Assembly (NCBI GenBank): GCA_027618515.1
Contig: JAQCEV010000001.1
Coordinates: 3,005-67,004, forward strand
Length of the DNA stretch: 64,000 nt
Reading direction: 5' to 3'
Source of the DNA: Chloroflexota bacterium
GTDB lineage: Bacteria; Chloroflexota; Dehalococcoidia; Lucifugimonadales; Australimonadaceae
Shown: positions 48,267 through 58,429 of the stretch, piece after piece
How positions within the stretch are numbered: position 1 is the first letter of the stretch
Layout: the number at the start of each line of letters is the position of its first letter
Program-made: the position numbers and the translations under genes
Notes under the pieces: model-generated
Told to the model about the DNA's origin: nothing
Seen by the model: the letters and a program-made list of their open reading frames with translations, nothing else
Databases searched by the model: none

Positions 48267-49620
48267 TCGACTCGGGGCCTTTGGCCGTTTCGGGGGCCTC
48301 GATGGCTAGACCGGAATCGTAGGAGGCGAAGGCTTGCTCGAAGAGGAGCTGGCGGCCATCGTTGCTCTCGGTGATCTTGACTTCTGCTTTGGTAAGCAGG
48401 TCGGTCTCGCAGTCGATCCAGATCGTTGCGGCGCCAAGGACACCCTGCGGTGGCGATGGGTTGCCAAGCACCGAGGCTAGCGACTCGCGACCGAGGGGCT
48501 CGTAGCGCACCTGGAGGTACTGCTTGCCGCCACTGACATTGTATTCGTGTGCCGTGGGGTAGCCCTGCCGCAGTACATTGATGTACTTGGCCACGGTGAG
48601 GTGAGCGTTGAGCTGGCGCTCGGAGTCGAATCGCGAAGGATCGTCCGGCTTCTGCCAGGTGCCTGCGAGACGATAGAACTCTCTGCCGATGGAGACCCAG
48701 CGCTCGCGAACCTCACCAGTGGATGACCACCCGGTCTGCGAGACGCGGAACCGGTCAGGGGCGACGAACTCCAAGTCCCAGACGTAGTCACCCGCGGTGA
48801 GCTCAAAGTGCGCGGGATCACGGATGATCTGTCGAGTGACATAAGAGGAGGCGCTTTCAGTTGCGGCGACAGAGCGCGCCACGCGTCCAGCAACGTCGGA
48901 GACGCCTGTCGGCTCTGCCGCAGGCTCGAAGCGTGACGTAAGCACGGAGGCGAGGCTGGCAGCCGCTCCGCTCGCGCTGACGCTAAGGCCGTCTGATACT
49001 GCTGTGGGAAGCGCCTGGCTATCGAGATAGGCGGGCACTTGATCGTTGAAGCTTTGTTGCGGTTGCTCTGCGGGCGCGACGGCCGAGGCAGGCGGAGCAA
49101 TCACGGACATCAACTCGTACACGCGATGAGCGACGAGGTAGGCGTCCCGTCGCGATTCTGAGGAAAGCAGGGGCTGGCGCAGCGTATAGCCGCTAGCGTG
49201 GAGCAGCAGCGCGCCGTCGTCATCAGGGAACACGTACCCCGAAATCATGAAGACGGCGATGAGGGTGGGCACTCCGCCTGCGACCAGCGAGAACATCGTC
49301 GTTTCAAAGATCGCCCAAGTGATCCCGGCAAGGGCTGCTCCGATCACGAGGGCGATCATCCCGTTCATAAGCCGACCGGTGTCGCGCTCGACATCCGACA
49401 CTTCGACTGCGGTGAGCCGATCCAAGGGGACGACCGCCGTGGTGCGTACGCCACCCTGGCGACCGAGTCGGATGACGCGCCGGGTGGTGATGGTCAGCGT
49501 GTCCTTGCCCGCAGTCGACGCGTTGATGGCGCCTTCGTGGCTATCGAGCGCTAGCTCGAAGCGTTCCCCCGCCAGCCAGGGGATCTGTCGTTCGGGACTC
49601 TCTTTTTCAAAACGGCTCAC
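48259..49620 (-). CDS. Hypothetical membrane protein: PH-like domain with a TM hairpin plus a LolA/LppX-like C-terminal domain
   Basis: LTITTRRVI, two TM helices, linker, then beta-rich LEFVAPDRFRV...WVSIG..FY...W...ATIWID. Confidence 0.65.
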   Translation of the reverse strand: MSRFEKESPERQIPWLAGERFELALDSHEGAINASTAGKDTLTITTRRVIRLGRQGGVRTTAVVPLDRLTAVEVSDVERDTGRLMNGMIALVIGAALAGITWAIFETTMFSLVAGGVPTLIAVFMISGYVFPDDDGALLLHASGYTLRQPLLSSESRRDAYLVAHRVYELMSVIAPPASAVAPAEQPQQSFNDQVPAYLDSQALPTAVSDGLSVSASGAAASLASVLTSRFEPAAEPTGVSDVAGRVARSVAATESASSYVTRQIIRDPAHFELTAGDYVWDLEFVAPDRFRVSQTGWSSTGEVRERWVSIGREFYRLAGTWQKPDDPSRFDSERQLNAHLTVAKYINVLRQGYPTAHEYNVSGGKQYLQVRYEPLGRESLASVLGNPSPPQGVLGAATIWIDCETDLLTKAEVKITESNDGRQLLFEQAFASYDSGLAIEAPETAKGPESIN

Positions 49621-49714
49621 AGGCAGATCCTTATGCACACAGTGTGCTCGGCGTAGGCAGACCTACGCTTGTCGCGCCTCCAGGCAGGATAGCGCCACAC
49701 CGGACGAGGGGTCA

Positions 49715-50431
49715 CTACCTGCGGAAGTTGATCCGCCTGAAGATCTCGGCGAACTCGAACTTGAAGCCATGATCGGCAGCCTCGGCGGCGGCGTCCGTCG
49801 CGCGCCTCTTGGCGAATTGCTCGATCCGCGTCATGTCCGTGGATAGCTGGCTTTCGTGGGCGGCCAGCGCGTGCATCTTGAGATCTACCGTGTCGGAAAT
49901 GTCGACCACGACGTCGGGGGCTTCGGAGCCCCACAGGAGCACCGTGCCAACCTTGTGGGTTTCCAGGCCCGCAGCAAGGTGCTCGGGGAAGTGGAGGACA
50001 TCGCGAGCGAACGGGAATGACGCGTCGAGGGCTGTTTGGCCGGAGATGCGATGGTCACGGTGGCTATGGGACATCCGTCGTGGGTCCATGGCCAACAGCA
50101 CGTCAGGGCGGAACCGCCGGATCTGCTCAACGATCTGGCCACGGAATGCGCTGGTGTCTTCCAACTCGCCGTCTCCGTAGCCAAGCATTATCAGTTCGTC
50201 GACGCCAAGCACTTCCGTCGCCTTCTTCTGTTCGGCAGCGCGGATCGTCGCGAGGCGCTCGCTGGTCATGTCGGGGTCTGACGAGCCTTTGTCGCCGTTG
50301 GTGCATACGACGTAGAGCACCTTGCAGCCTTCACGAGCCCACTTGGCGACGGTCCCACCAGCTCCTGACTCGCCGTCATCGGGGTGGGGGATCACCAGCA
50401 TCGCTCGTTCGGGGGTTTCGATCGTCTCCAT
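49715..50431 (-). CDS. PIG-L/LmbE family deacetylase (MshB/Mca/BshB-like fold)
   Basis: PHPDDGE, TNGDKGS, HRDHR and AHESQ motifs. Confidence 0.93.
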   Translation of the reverse strand: METIETPERAMLVIPHPDDGESGAGGTVAKWAREGCKVLYVVCTNGDKGSSDPDMTSERLATIRAAEQKKATEVLGVDELIMLGYGDGELEDTSAFRGQIVEQIRRFRPDVLLAMDPRRMSHSHRDHRISGQTALDASFPFARDVLHFPEHLAAGLETHKVGTVLLWGSEAPDVVVDISDTVDLKMHALAAHESQLSTDMTRIEQFAKRRATDAAAEAADHGFKFEFAEIFRRINFRR

Positions 50432-50552
50432 TGAACCTCTAAGCCTTTGGCAGGGAAGACCCGCCGTCTACAAGAATCGATTGGTAAGATGATACCGGCT
50501 CGGCAACGCCGCGTCTCAAACCCGTCCTATCTCAGCGTTCGGAGCGCCCATC

Positions 50553-51422
50553 TTGACCTCCTCTGGTATCACTATCCGTTCATTCACCTGGTCAGACGTT
50601 GCACTGCTTGCGACGCTTCAGCATGCCGATGAGTCGGATGTTGATCGTTGGCTCAGGCAGTCCAATCTGACGCCAGAGCAAGAGTGCGTTTTCGCCGAGG
50701 TCGGCGGCAAAGCTACCGGGTTCGGGTACCTGATCGTTGAGCAAGGCCTGTCTCGCGGGGTGCTGATAGCGGAAGCGGAAGATCCGGCCGTACTCAGTGC
50801 GCTGGTCTCCGATGCCACGACGAAAGCGCAAACGCTCGGGCTCAGCGTCCTCCAGTTAGACGTGCCTGAGGACGATCAGCAGCGCCGTGACATCTGTGAG
50901 GCTGCGGGCATGTCGGTGATCCGGACTCACCTTCATCTGTTGAGGCCGGGCGATCAGCCAACGGGCATCACGTTGCCGGCTGCCACCACGACTCGGTTGG
51001 CGGCCCGCGTGGATGTCGCCACGGTCACGAATATCCAGAACGCCGCGTTCACCGGAAGCTGGGGATACTCTCCGAACAACGAAGAGGAGATCGCCTACCG
51101 TATCTTCGAACTGCCGTCGATTGCGCCCGACCCAGTGGTCATCGTGACGATGGATGGCCAAGACCTGGGCTATTGTTGGGCACATCAGGAGCGCGTGGAC
51201 TCGCCGGGCATGGTTGATATGGTGGGTGTGCTGCCTCACCAGCAAGGCAAAGGGCTCGGGAAGTTGGTGACAGCGGTGGGAATCGACCACCTGATCAGCA
51301 TCGGGGCCACGCCAGTGGAGATCACCGTAGACAGCGAGAATGGGCCAGCGATCCACGTCTATGAGAGCGTAGGATTCCGGCTCCATCACCGTTCCGTGTG
51401 GTACGAGCGGGCGCTTAGCTAG
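50553..51422 (+). CDS. mshD: Tandem-GNAT acetyltransferase, mycothiol synthase MshD-like
   Basis: NAAF...W and GVLPHQQGKGLGK.V...GIDHL...ITVDSENGPAIHVYESVGF; degenerate N-terminal GNAT. Confidence 0.7.
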   Translation: MTSSGITIRSFTWSDVALLATLQHADESDVDRWLRQSNLTPEQECVFAEVGGKATGFGYLIVEQGLSRGVLIAEAEDPAVLSALVSDATTKAQTLGLSVLQLDVPEDDQQRRDICEAAGMSVIRTHLHLLRPGDQPTGITLPAATTTRLAARVDVATVTNIQNAAFTGSWGYSPNNEEEIAYRIFELPSIAPDPVVIVTMDGQDLGYCWAHQERVDSPGMVDMVGVLPHQQGKGLGKLVTAVGIDHLISIGATPVEITVDSENGPAIHVYESVGFRLHHRSVWYERALS

Positions 51423-52669
51423 CCGATGACCTGCGCGCGTTCGGCAAAGCCTTGCGCTGCACGCCGATAGCCCTCAAGGGCTTGATCCGCAGCACGAGCC
51501 CACGTGAACGTCCGAGCATGGGCCACAGCGCCCTCGCCCATGGCCCCCAAGAGTCGTGGATCACCTAGTAGATCGTCCAGGGAGTATGCGAAGTCCACCG
51601 GATCGTGGGCGGCCACGAGCCGTCCCGTTTCTCCGTCGAGGACCTGCGTGGACAGTGCGCCAACGTTGGAGGCTACGACGGGCCGACCGGAGGCCATCGA
51701 CTCAAGGGCAACGAGGCCAAAGCTCTCGTGGAACGAGGGAACGGCCGTGACATCGGCAGCAGCGTAGAAATCAACGAGTTGTTCCTGCGGAACTGCTGTG
51801 TACCACGAGACACGGTCGGCGACACCGAGCTCAACCGCCAAGAGGCGAAGCCAGTCGAAGCTGTGCTCGCCTTCAGATCCACCAACGAGAACCAAGCGAG
51901 TGTTCGCCTTGCCACGCATGTGCGCCAACGCGCTGATGAGCACGTCGGGCCCCTTGAATGGCTCGGGGCGCCCCACGAATAGGACTATGTTCTCAGTAGG
52001 GTTGAAGCCCAAGCGCTCACGGGCTTGCAGCTTGTCCGTTGGCCTGAACAGCGACAGATCTACTCCGCCAGGTGCCACATGGATGCGGTCGTCCTCGATC
52101 CCAAAGAGTTCGTTGAGTTCGCGCCGCTCGTCGTGGGTGAAGGCGAACACGAGGTCGGCGCCATGCGCCATCTGCTCTTCAGCGACCTTGCGTTGTTCGG
52201 GTTCGGTTTCGGAGCTCTCGCGCTCTTTGATGGCAGCGAGGGTATGGAAGCTGACCACGCCCGGCAGGCCCCATTCCGCAGCGACGGATTGAGCGACGCT
52301 ACCGGACAGCCAGTAGTGGCTATGGACGAGGTCGTACTCCAAGCCCTCGCTCGCGACGAACTCCAGCATCCGCTCGCGAAACTCAGGAAGGTGCGGGACG
52401 ACCTCTGACTTGACCAACTCCGGGTCCCCTGCCGAGAGATGGATGACGCGGGCGTTCGGGCCGATCTCAAAGACCTCCGGCCCGCCAGCCTTGTGGCTCC
52501 GCGTGTAGACATCCACAGAGACGCCTGCCGCAGCTATCGCCGGGGCGATGTCACGTAGGTATACGTTCATGCCACCCGCGAAACGCATACCGGGGGTGAC
52601 CATGGGGCACCCATGCACGGACACCATGGCGATCCGCTTTATAGGGGGGGTGTTCATTGACGTAGGCAT
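51419..52669 (-). CDS. mshA: GT4 glycosyltransferase, MshA-like
   Basis: IAMVSVHGCP...AGGMNVY, YDLVHSHYWLSG, FHTLA..K and PSFHESFGLVALE motifs. Confidence 0.8.
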   Translation of the reverse strand: MPTSMNTPPIKRIAMVSVHGCPMVTPGMRFAGGMNVYLRDIAPAIAAAGVSVDVYTRSHKAGGPEVFEIGPNARVIHLSAGDPELVKSEVVPHLPEFRERMLEFVASEGLEYDLVHSHYWLSGSVAQSVAAEWGLPGVVSFHTLAAIKERESSETEPEQRKVAEEQMAHGADLVFAFTHDERRELNELFGIEDDRIHVAPGGVDLSLFRPTDKLQARERLGFNPTENIVLFVGRPEPFKGPDVLISALAHMRGKANTRLVLVGGSEGEHSFDWLRLLAVELGVADRVSWYTAVPQEQLVDFYAAADVTAVPSFHESFGLVALESMASGRPVVASNVGALSTQVLDGETGRLVAAHDPVDFAYSLDDLLGDPRLLGAMGEGAVAHARTFTWARAADQALEGYRRAAQGFAERAQVIG

Positions 52670-52682
52670 CGAAAGCACAAGC

Positions 52683-53648
52683 TTAGCGCTTCACGATGAT
52701 GCGGTGCAGACCTATGTCCTGTCCGCCAAGGTGGTACTTGTAAGGCTCAGGCCCACGCAGGAAATCGAAGTACGTGAGGCCTCGCTCGATCGCGTCCTTG
52801 ATGCAGAGCGCGTTGAGCATGAGGCCCACAGCGAGCGGGCCATGCTCAAGTCGGTAACCGCTGTTGTAGAGCAAGCGACGTCCGGCGTAGTCGAACGAAA
52901 TGGTCGTGGCAACACGCTCGCCGTTGAGTTCCAGGAAGAGCAGCCGTAGGAAGCCAGCGTCGAATGACCATTCGATTATCTCGCGGAAGAATTCCTCACG
53001 CTCGGGGAGCATGAAGTCACGCTTTTCTTCGCGGCTCTCAGCCATGAGTTCATGGAAGAGATCGAAATCAGCGACCAGCGTTTCCTTGGTGGTTTCCACT
53101 AGCCTAATCTCGCCAGCGGCCTCAAGGCGCCGCAGCTTGCGTCGCAACTCGTGGCGATCCTTCTTACGAAGTACAGCAAGGAATTCGTCCCACGTCGCAG
53201 GAAGGTCGACCCCTGGCACGACATCTTCATCCTCGATGGTGACCTCATATCCAAGCGCACGATAAGCGTCGGGAAGCTCACGCATCGCAGGCGAGAACGC
53301 AGGCAGCGAGCGTAGATCCATGGTCTTCCACGGCTCATCGGCGACGCGCTCGATGAACGCCGCGTGGAAGCCGGGCTCAACGTCGATGAAGTCGTGGTAA
53401 TCGAAGAGGTCGGTGTCGCCCACGAAGCTCAGCGTGTCGCCGTCGAGCACCATGGGCGCCAGCCCGAGCGGCGCGTCTTCAGGGCCGATGGTGAGCAGTC
53501 GCAGTCCGTCGTTGCCGCTACCGAACCTGCGCCACCAGATCCCTTGCCATTTTGGCGTGAGGAAGATGGAGGACCAAGATCGGCGCTCCAGCAGTTCATG
53601 CCAAAGGGGGCTGGCAGCGGCGATGGCGTCGTCATGTGTGCCGCTCAA
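52683..53648 (-). CDS. GNAT-superfamily protein, CelD/BcsL (Acetyltransf_6, FemAB-related)
   Basis: [38 protein letters not shown] and [11 protein letters not shown] motifs. Confidence 0.85.
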   Translation of the reverse strand: MSGTHDDAIAAASPLWHELLERRSWSSIFLTPKWQGIWWRRFGSGNDGLRLLTIGPEDAPLGLAPMVLDGDTLSFVGDTDLFDYHDFIDVEPGFHAAFIERVADEPWKTMDLRSLPAFSPAMRELPDAYRALGYEVTIEDEDVVPGVDLPATWDEFLAVLRKKDRHELRRKLRRLEAAGEIRLVETTKETLVADFDLFHELMAESREEKRDFMLPEREEFFREIIEWSFDAGFLRLLFLELNGERVATTISFDYAGRRLLYNSGYRLEHGPLAVGLMLNALCIKDAIERGLTYFDFLRGPEPYKYHLGGQDIGLHRIIVKR

Positions 53649-54214
53649 CGTATTCCTTCTTGGAGCAGGCTTAGGAACTCGCCGCGCGTTGCGACGGAGT
53701 TACGGAAGTCGCCACGGGTCGCAGACGTGACCACGGAGGCACCAGGCTTCCGCACGCCGCGCATGGCCATGCAGAGGTGCTCTGCCCGGATCACGACGGC
53801 GACGCCTTCAGGATCGAGGGCCTCTTGGATGGCCTCGGCCACCTGAGAGGTCAGCCTCTCCTGCACTTGGGGCCTTCGCGCGAGGATGTCGACCGCGCGC
53901 GCCAGTTTGCTTATGCCAACGACCTTGCCCTTGGGTAGGTAGCCGACGTGAGCCGTGCCAAAGAACGGCAGCAGGTGGTGTTCGCACATGGAGTAGAACG
54001 GCACGTCGCGGATGATGACCATCTCTTGGTGATCCTCATCAAACTGGGTGCCCAGTACCTCTACTGCCTCTTCGTGCGTTCCCCCGCTGATCTCTCCGTA
54101 CATCTTGGCGACCCTGCTGGGGGTCTCCAACAACCCTTCACGGTCCGGGTTTTCGCCTATCGCCTCAAGCAGTTCATGGATGATCCGCTCTAGGCGTTGA
54201 GTGTCTATCGCCAC
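53645..54214 (-). CDS. folE: GTP cyclohydrolase I
   Basis: [38 protein letters not shown] and HLCMAMRG motifs. Confidence 0.98.
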   Translation of the reverse strand: MAIDTQRLERIIHELLEAIGENPDREGLLETPSRVAKMYGEISGGTHEEAVEVLGTQFDEDHQEMVIIRDVPFYSMCEHHLLPFFGTAHVGYLPKGKVVGISKLARAVDILARRPQVQERLTSQVAEAIQEALDPEGVAVVIRAEHLCMAMRGVRKPGASVVTSATRGDFRNSVATRGEFLSLLQEGIR

Positions 54215-54242
54215 CACGCCCTCCTCTGACTCTCGCTTATCG

Positions 54243-55307
54243 CTATCGTTTGGGTCGCGCACCGAGCATGTCGGCGACGGTTCGGGCGTCGGCTGGGGCT
54301 TCTTCCTGCGGGCGATCCGCAAGCCCCATGGCTACCGACGGGTCCTTGAGCCCGTGGCCTGTGATGATGCAAGCGATGGTGCTGGAACTGAGATCCATGC
54401 CCGCCCTAGCGGACTTGATGGCGCCAGCGACAGATGCCGCAGACGCAGGCTCGCAGAAGACACCTTCCATGCGTGCCAGTAGCTTATACGCTTCTAGAAT
54501 CTCTTCGTCCGACACCGTACCGATCAATCCACCCGATTCATCGCGTGCGGTGATGGCCGAAGACCAACTGGCGGGGTTCCCGATGCGGATGGCAGACGCG
54601 ATGGTCTGCGGATCCGCGATGGGGTGCCCGGCAACGATGGGAGCGGCGCCTTCCGCCTGGAAGCCCATCATCTGCGGCAAGCTGGACGCGCGTTCGTCGT
54701 CGTGCGCCTCTTTGAAGCCCTTCCAATAGGCGGTTATGTTGCCAGCGTTGCCGACGGGGATGAATAGATTGTCTGGTGCAGCGCCGAGGGTTTCGATGAT
54801 TTCGAATGCGGCGGTCTTCTGCCCCTCGATGCGATGCGGGTTCACGGAATTGACCAGCGATATGTCGTAGTTCTCCGCGACTTCTCGAGCGATGTCCAGG
54901 GCGGCGTCGAAGTTGCCCGCTATCTGGATAACGCGTGCGCCGTAAGCGACAGCCTGGCTGAGCTTGCCCGCCGCGATCTGGCCAGCCGGGACGAGCACGA
55001 CAGTCTCCAGGCCCGCTGCGGCGCCGTAAGCAGCGGCTGATGCACTGGTGTTGCCGGTGGAGGCGCAGAGGATCGTGGTGTGGCCAGCTTCCATCGCCTT
55101 CGCGACGGCGACGACCATCCCGCGGTCCTTGAATGAACCGGTGGGGTTGCATCCTTCAAGCTTGAAGAAGAGATGGCCGATGCCAAACTCTTTCCCGAGC
55201 CGACGGGATTCCACCAGGGGAGTGTCCCCTTCCCCCATGGTCAGCATCGGGGTATCCGCGGTTACCGGTAGGTACTCGCGGTATCGTTTCAGAACACCTT
55301 CACCCAT
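54243..55307 (-). CDS. thrC: Threonine synthase
   Basis: [24 protein letters not shown] and TGHGLKD motifs. Confidence 0.97.
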   Translation of the reverse strand: MGEGVLKRYREYLPVTADTPMLTMGEGDTPLVESRRLGKEFGIGHLFFKLEGCNPTGSFKDRGMVVAVAKAMEAGHTTILCASTGNTSASAAAYGAAAGLETVVLVPAGQIAAGKLSQAVAYGARVIQIAGNFDAALDIAREVAENYDISLVNSVNPHRIEGQKTAAFEIIETLGAAPDNLFIPVGNAGNITAYWKGFKEAHDDERASSLPQMMGFQAEGAAPIVAGHPIADPQTIASAIRIGNPASWSSAITARDESGGLIGTVSDEEILEAYKLLARMEGVFCEPASAASVAGAIKSARAGMDLSSSTIACIITGHGLKDPSVAMGLADRPQEEAPADARTVADMLGARPKR

Positions 55308-55336
55308 TGGACACCTTAGCAGCGATCTTTCGAGCG

Positions 55337-56638
55337 CTACGCAATGCGTTCTTCTACTCTGATGAGGTTACTCACTTCGTCAACCGAGTCCAGCGTGCTC
55401 AGCTGCTTCAGCGCTTGCTGGACATCCGCTTCTCGGGCGACGTGAGTAGTTATGACGATCTCAGCAGCTTTGCCTGACTCGTCGACTTCTTTCTGTATAA
55501 CCGATGCCAGGCTGACGTCCAAGTCTCCCAGCACCTGCGTTACCTGCGCCATGACGCCTGGGCGGTCTGATGCCCGGAGTCGTATGTAGTACTTAGTTTC
55601 CAGGTTGTCCACCGTCTCGATGGTCAAAGCCTCGTCGAACAGCGGCGGCTGAGCTGGTCGTACGCCGCCGACGATGGCACGGCCGATCGCGACAACATCG
55701 GCGAGGATCGCGCTGGCCGTCGGGCGGGCGCCAGCGCCCGGTCCCTGGAACATCGCCCAATCAACGAGGTCACCTTCAAGTTCAACGGCGTTGTACACGC
55801 CATCCACTTTGGCCAGTGGGTGACTGATGGGCAGGAAGGCAGGGTGAACCCTAGCCAAGACTCGTCCGTCAGTTTGGCGGGCGGTAGCGAGCAGTTTGAT
55901 AACGTAGCCCAACTCCTCGGCGTACCAGAAGTCTTCGGGCGCCAAGCGGCTGATGCCTTCTCGGAAAACATCGGTGTCACGTACTACGGTTCGGAACGCT
56001 AGCGACGCCAGTATGGCCAGCTTGAACGCCGCGTCGACGCCATCGACATCCGCTGCCGGATCGGGCTCTGCGTAGCCCAACTCTTGTGCCTCTCGGAGCA
56101 CCGTCGCGTAGTCGAGACCATCCGTGGCCATCCTGGTGAGCATGTAATTGGTCGTGCCATTGATGATGGCGTTCACCGCTGAGATGTCATTCGCGGCGAG
56201 GTCGTCGAGCAGGGGGCCGATGATCGGTATGCCGCCACCAACGCTGGCCTCGAAGCGAAGCATCACGCCTTTGTCCGCTGCTGCTCGTAGCAACTCTGGC
56301 CCATGCTTGGCCATGACTTCTTTGTTGGCGGTCACCACATGCTTCCCCGCGGCGATGGCCGCTGAGATGTGGTCGTAGGCCGGATACTCTCCGCCCATCA
56401 CTTCGATGACCAGAGGGATATTCGGGTTCTTGAGGATGTCATCGGCGTCTGCGGTTAGCGAGAGTCCCTCGGCTACAGCCGATCGGCGCGATCGCACATC
56501 ACGAACCAGCGCTCGGTCGATTCGGACGGGGGCGCCGATACGTTGGGCCAGGGTGTGCGCTTGTTCGCGAACTGCCGTGGCTACTCCGGCGCCAATGACA
56601 CCGAGGCCCATCAACCCAATCGAGATGTGGTCGGCCAT
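55337..56638 (-). CDS. hom: Homoserine dehydrogenase with ACT domain
   Basis: GLGVIG, VVTANK, FEASVGGGIP, NGTTNY, GAGARPTASA and the ACT motif DRPGV. Confidence 0.97.
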   Translation of the reverse strand: MADHISIGLMGLGVIGAGVATAVREQAHTLAQRIGAPVRIDRALVRDVRSRRSAVAEGLSLTADADDILKNPNIPLVIEVMGGEYPAYDHISAAIAAGKHVVTANKEVMAKHGPELLRAAADKGVMLRFEASVGGGIPIIGPLLDDLAANDISAVNAIINGTTNYMLTRMATDGLDYATVLREAQELGYAEPDPAADVDGVDAAFKLAILASLAFRTVVRDTDVFREGISRLAPEDFWYAEELGYVIKLLATARQTDGRVLARVHPAFLPISHPLAKVDGVYNAVELEGDLVDWAMFQGPGAGARPTASAILADVVAIGRAIVGGVRPAQPPLFDEALTIETVDNLETKYYIRLRASDRPGVMAQVTQVLGDLDVSLASVIQKEVDESGKAAEIVITTHVAREADVQQALKQLSTLDSVDEVSNLIRVEERIA

Positions 56639-56650
56639 ATAAGCACGTAC

Positions 56651-57664
56651 CTAAATGATCTGATCGATGACCCACTGTGAGTCTTCGGGGGTTAGGCCGT
56701 CTGAGTCAACAGCCGCCTCCAGCACCTTGTCGTTCAGCCATGACTGGAAGGCGTTGGTTGCCAGAAATCCTCGCATGACGGGGTCAACGGGTTGCTCGGA
56801 TGGGCCATCGTTCACGCGCAGGACGACGCTCCCCGCGCTGGTCACCAAGGGGCCGATCAGTTCGTTTAGCACGAGTTCTTCAGTGAAGAGGATCGTGTCC
56901 AACTCCTCGATCGCACCACGCGGAACCCAACCCACCACTCCGCCAGGACCGGAGATCACACGCTCGGTGGTGAGTTCATCCGCAACGGCGGCAAACTCTT
57001 CACCAGCGTTGATGCGGTCTGCCGCCTCTTGGGCGGTCACGGTAGACGCGGTGATGATCCACTCCACGGAGACTTGCTCTGCTATCTCTGGAGAAACGTC
57101 GTTGAAGTGATCTTGAAGCTCGCTAACGTAGAGGCGTCCTGCGAGCCATTGACGGTAGTCATCTTCGGATACGTTGAAGATCCCTAGGAATGAGTCCAAC
57201 TCATCTCGTCCATCGGCAGTCAGCGCGTCGACGGGTTCCGAGGCGTCAGCCGGTAGTGTCTCGAATCGGCTGATGATGGCCGTGTCGATCTCTTCGGCAG
57301 TGACCTCAACTTCAAGTTCAGAAGCATAGGCGCGCACTACAGCATCGCGAACCAGACTGTTCAAGCCGGTGTCCGGGTTGAGCGTGCCACCAGCGTCGAA
57401 TGCCTCAAGCGCGGAGTACGGAACGAGATCCGCCAGCTTGATCGACTCGCCGGAGATCTCAGCGATCGTTTTCCGTGGAGGTTGGAACGACGAGTCGAAC
57501 CACCCGTAACCGAGCAGTCCAACGACGATAGCAACAACGAACCCAGCTCCCCCAAGCAGGAGCTGGCGTTGCTTCTTCTCGACGTCCCGTCGGTTCACGA
57601 CCGGCTGAGAGCGGTCTCTAAGTTGGGAGTAATCCCCTCGTTCGGCGCGTCTGCGCTGTCGCAT
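56651..57664 (-). CDS. Membrane-anchored parvulin-type foldase (PrsA/SurA-like), PPIase site degenerate
   Basis: N-terminal TM, SurA_N-like helices, GEEFAAVA.E...GGVVGW. Confidence 0.75.
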   Translation of the reverse strand: MRQRRRAERGDYSQLRDRSQPVVNRRDVEKKQRQLLLGGAGFVVAIVVGLLGYGWFDSSFQPPRKTIAEISGESIKLADLVPYSALEAFDAGGTLNPDTGLNSLVRDAVVRAYASELEVEVTAEEIDTAIISRFETLPADASEPVDALTADGRDELDSFLGIFNVSEDDYRQWLAGRLYVSELQDHFNDVSPEIAEQVSVEWIITASTVTAQEAADRINAGEEFAAVADELTTERVISGPGGVVGWVPRGAIEELDTILFTEELVLNELIGPLVTSAGSVVLRVNDGPSEQPVDPVMRGFLATNAFQSWLNDKVLEAAVDSDGLTPEDSQWVIDQII

Positions 57665-57673
57665 TGCCGCCCG

Positions 57674-58339
57674 CTACTGTTCGCTGTCTTCGACAGCGGC
57701 ATCAGCCTCGGCAACGGGAGCCTCGGCGGCAGGTGCCTCAGCAACAGGTGCCTCGGCGGCGGGCGCTTCAGCAACAGGAGCCTCGGCGGCGGGCGCTTCA
57801 GCAACAGGAGCCTCGGCGGCAGGCGCCTCAGCAGCAGGCGCCTCAGCAGCAGGCGCCTCAGCAACAGGCGCGTCAGTGGCAACAGCGTCAGTGGCAACAG
57901 CCTCGGTCGCGACAGCCTCGGCGGCAGGCGCACCAGCAACAGCAGCCTCGGCGCCAGGCGCTCCGGCAACCGGCGCGTCACCGACTGCCCCAGGGGCCGC
58001 CCTCGGCGGCGCAGGAGGCGCATCGCGGAACGATCGGCGACCGCGGTCACCTCGGGGGTCAGGGCGGGCGAGCTCCATCAAGGAATGTCCACCGGTGTAC
58101 GGCAGCAATGCGAGGAAGCGATCACGCTTGATGGCAAGCGCAAGTTGACGTTGGTGAGGGGAGCAGGTACCCGTCTTACGGCGGGACTCGATCTTTCCCC
58201 ACTCAGAGATCAATCGGCGGTTGCTAGCAACATCTTTGTAATCAATGGTTACTTTGTCGACGCAGAATTGGCATACCTTGCGGCGAGGGAAAAAGCGGCG
58301 TCCACCACCACCAGGGCGGCGTTTCACAGTGCTTTGCAT
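57674..58339 (-). CDS. rpsR: 30S ribosomal protein S18 (Zn-binding form) with a long acidic Ala/Pro repeat tail
   Basis: RRKVCQFC...IDYKD...[29 protein letters not shown], followed by roughly 130 extra residues. Confidence 0.96.
   Translation of the reverse strand: MQSTVKRRPGGGGRRFFPRRKVCQFCVDKVTIDYKDVASNRRLISEWGKIESRRKTGTCSPHQRQLALAIKRDRFLALLPYTGGHSLMELARPDPRGDRGRRSFRDAPPAPPRAAPGAVGDAPVAGAPGAEAAVAGAPAAEAVATEAVATDAVATDAPVAEAPAAEAPAAEAPAAEAPVAEAPAAEAPVAEAPAAEAPVAEAPAAEAPVAEADAAVEDSEQ
57705..57960 (-). repeat. Coding tandem repeat (15-bp units, partly 30-bp pairs) encoding [10 protein letters not shown]
   Basis: Repeated gcctcggcggc..gcctcagcaacagg units inside rpsR. Confidence 0.9.
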
Positions 58340-58429
58340 ATCAGGAACTCCTTCAAGCCCTTTCGGGGCAGCCCCTCCTGGGGCGAGCAATTTGGACCCC
58401 AGACCTCTGGGGGAGCGGCCTAAGCCGCC

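Noticed and set aside
57705-57960. CRISPR array or non-coding repeat
   Set aside because: Units are contiguous multiples of 3 with synonymous variation, lie inside rpsR, and have no unique spacers or cas genes.
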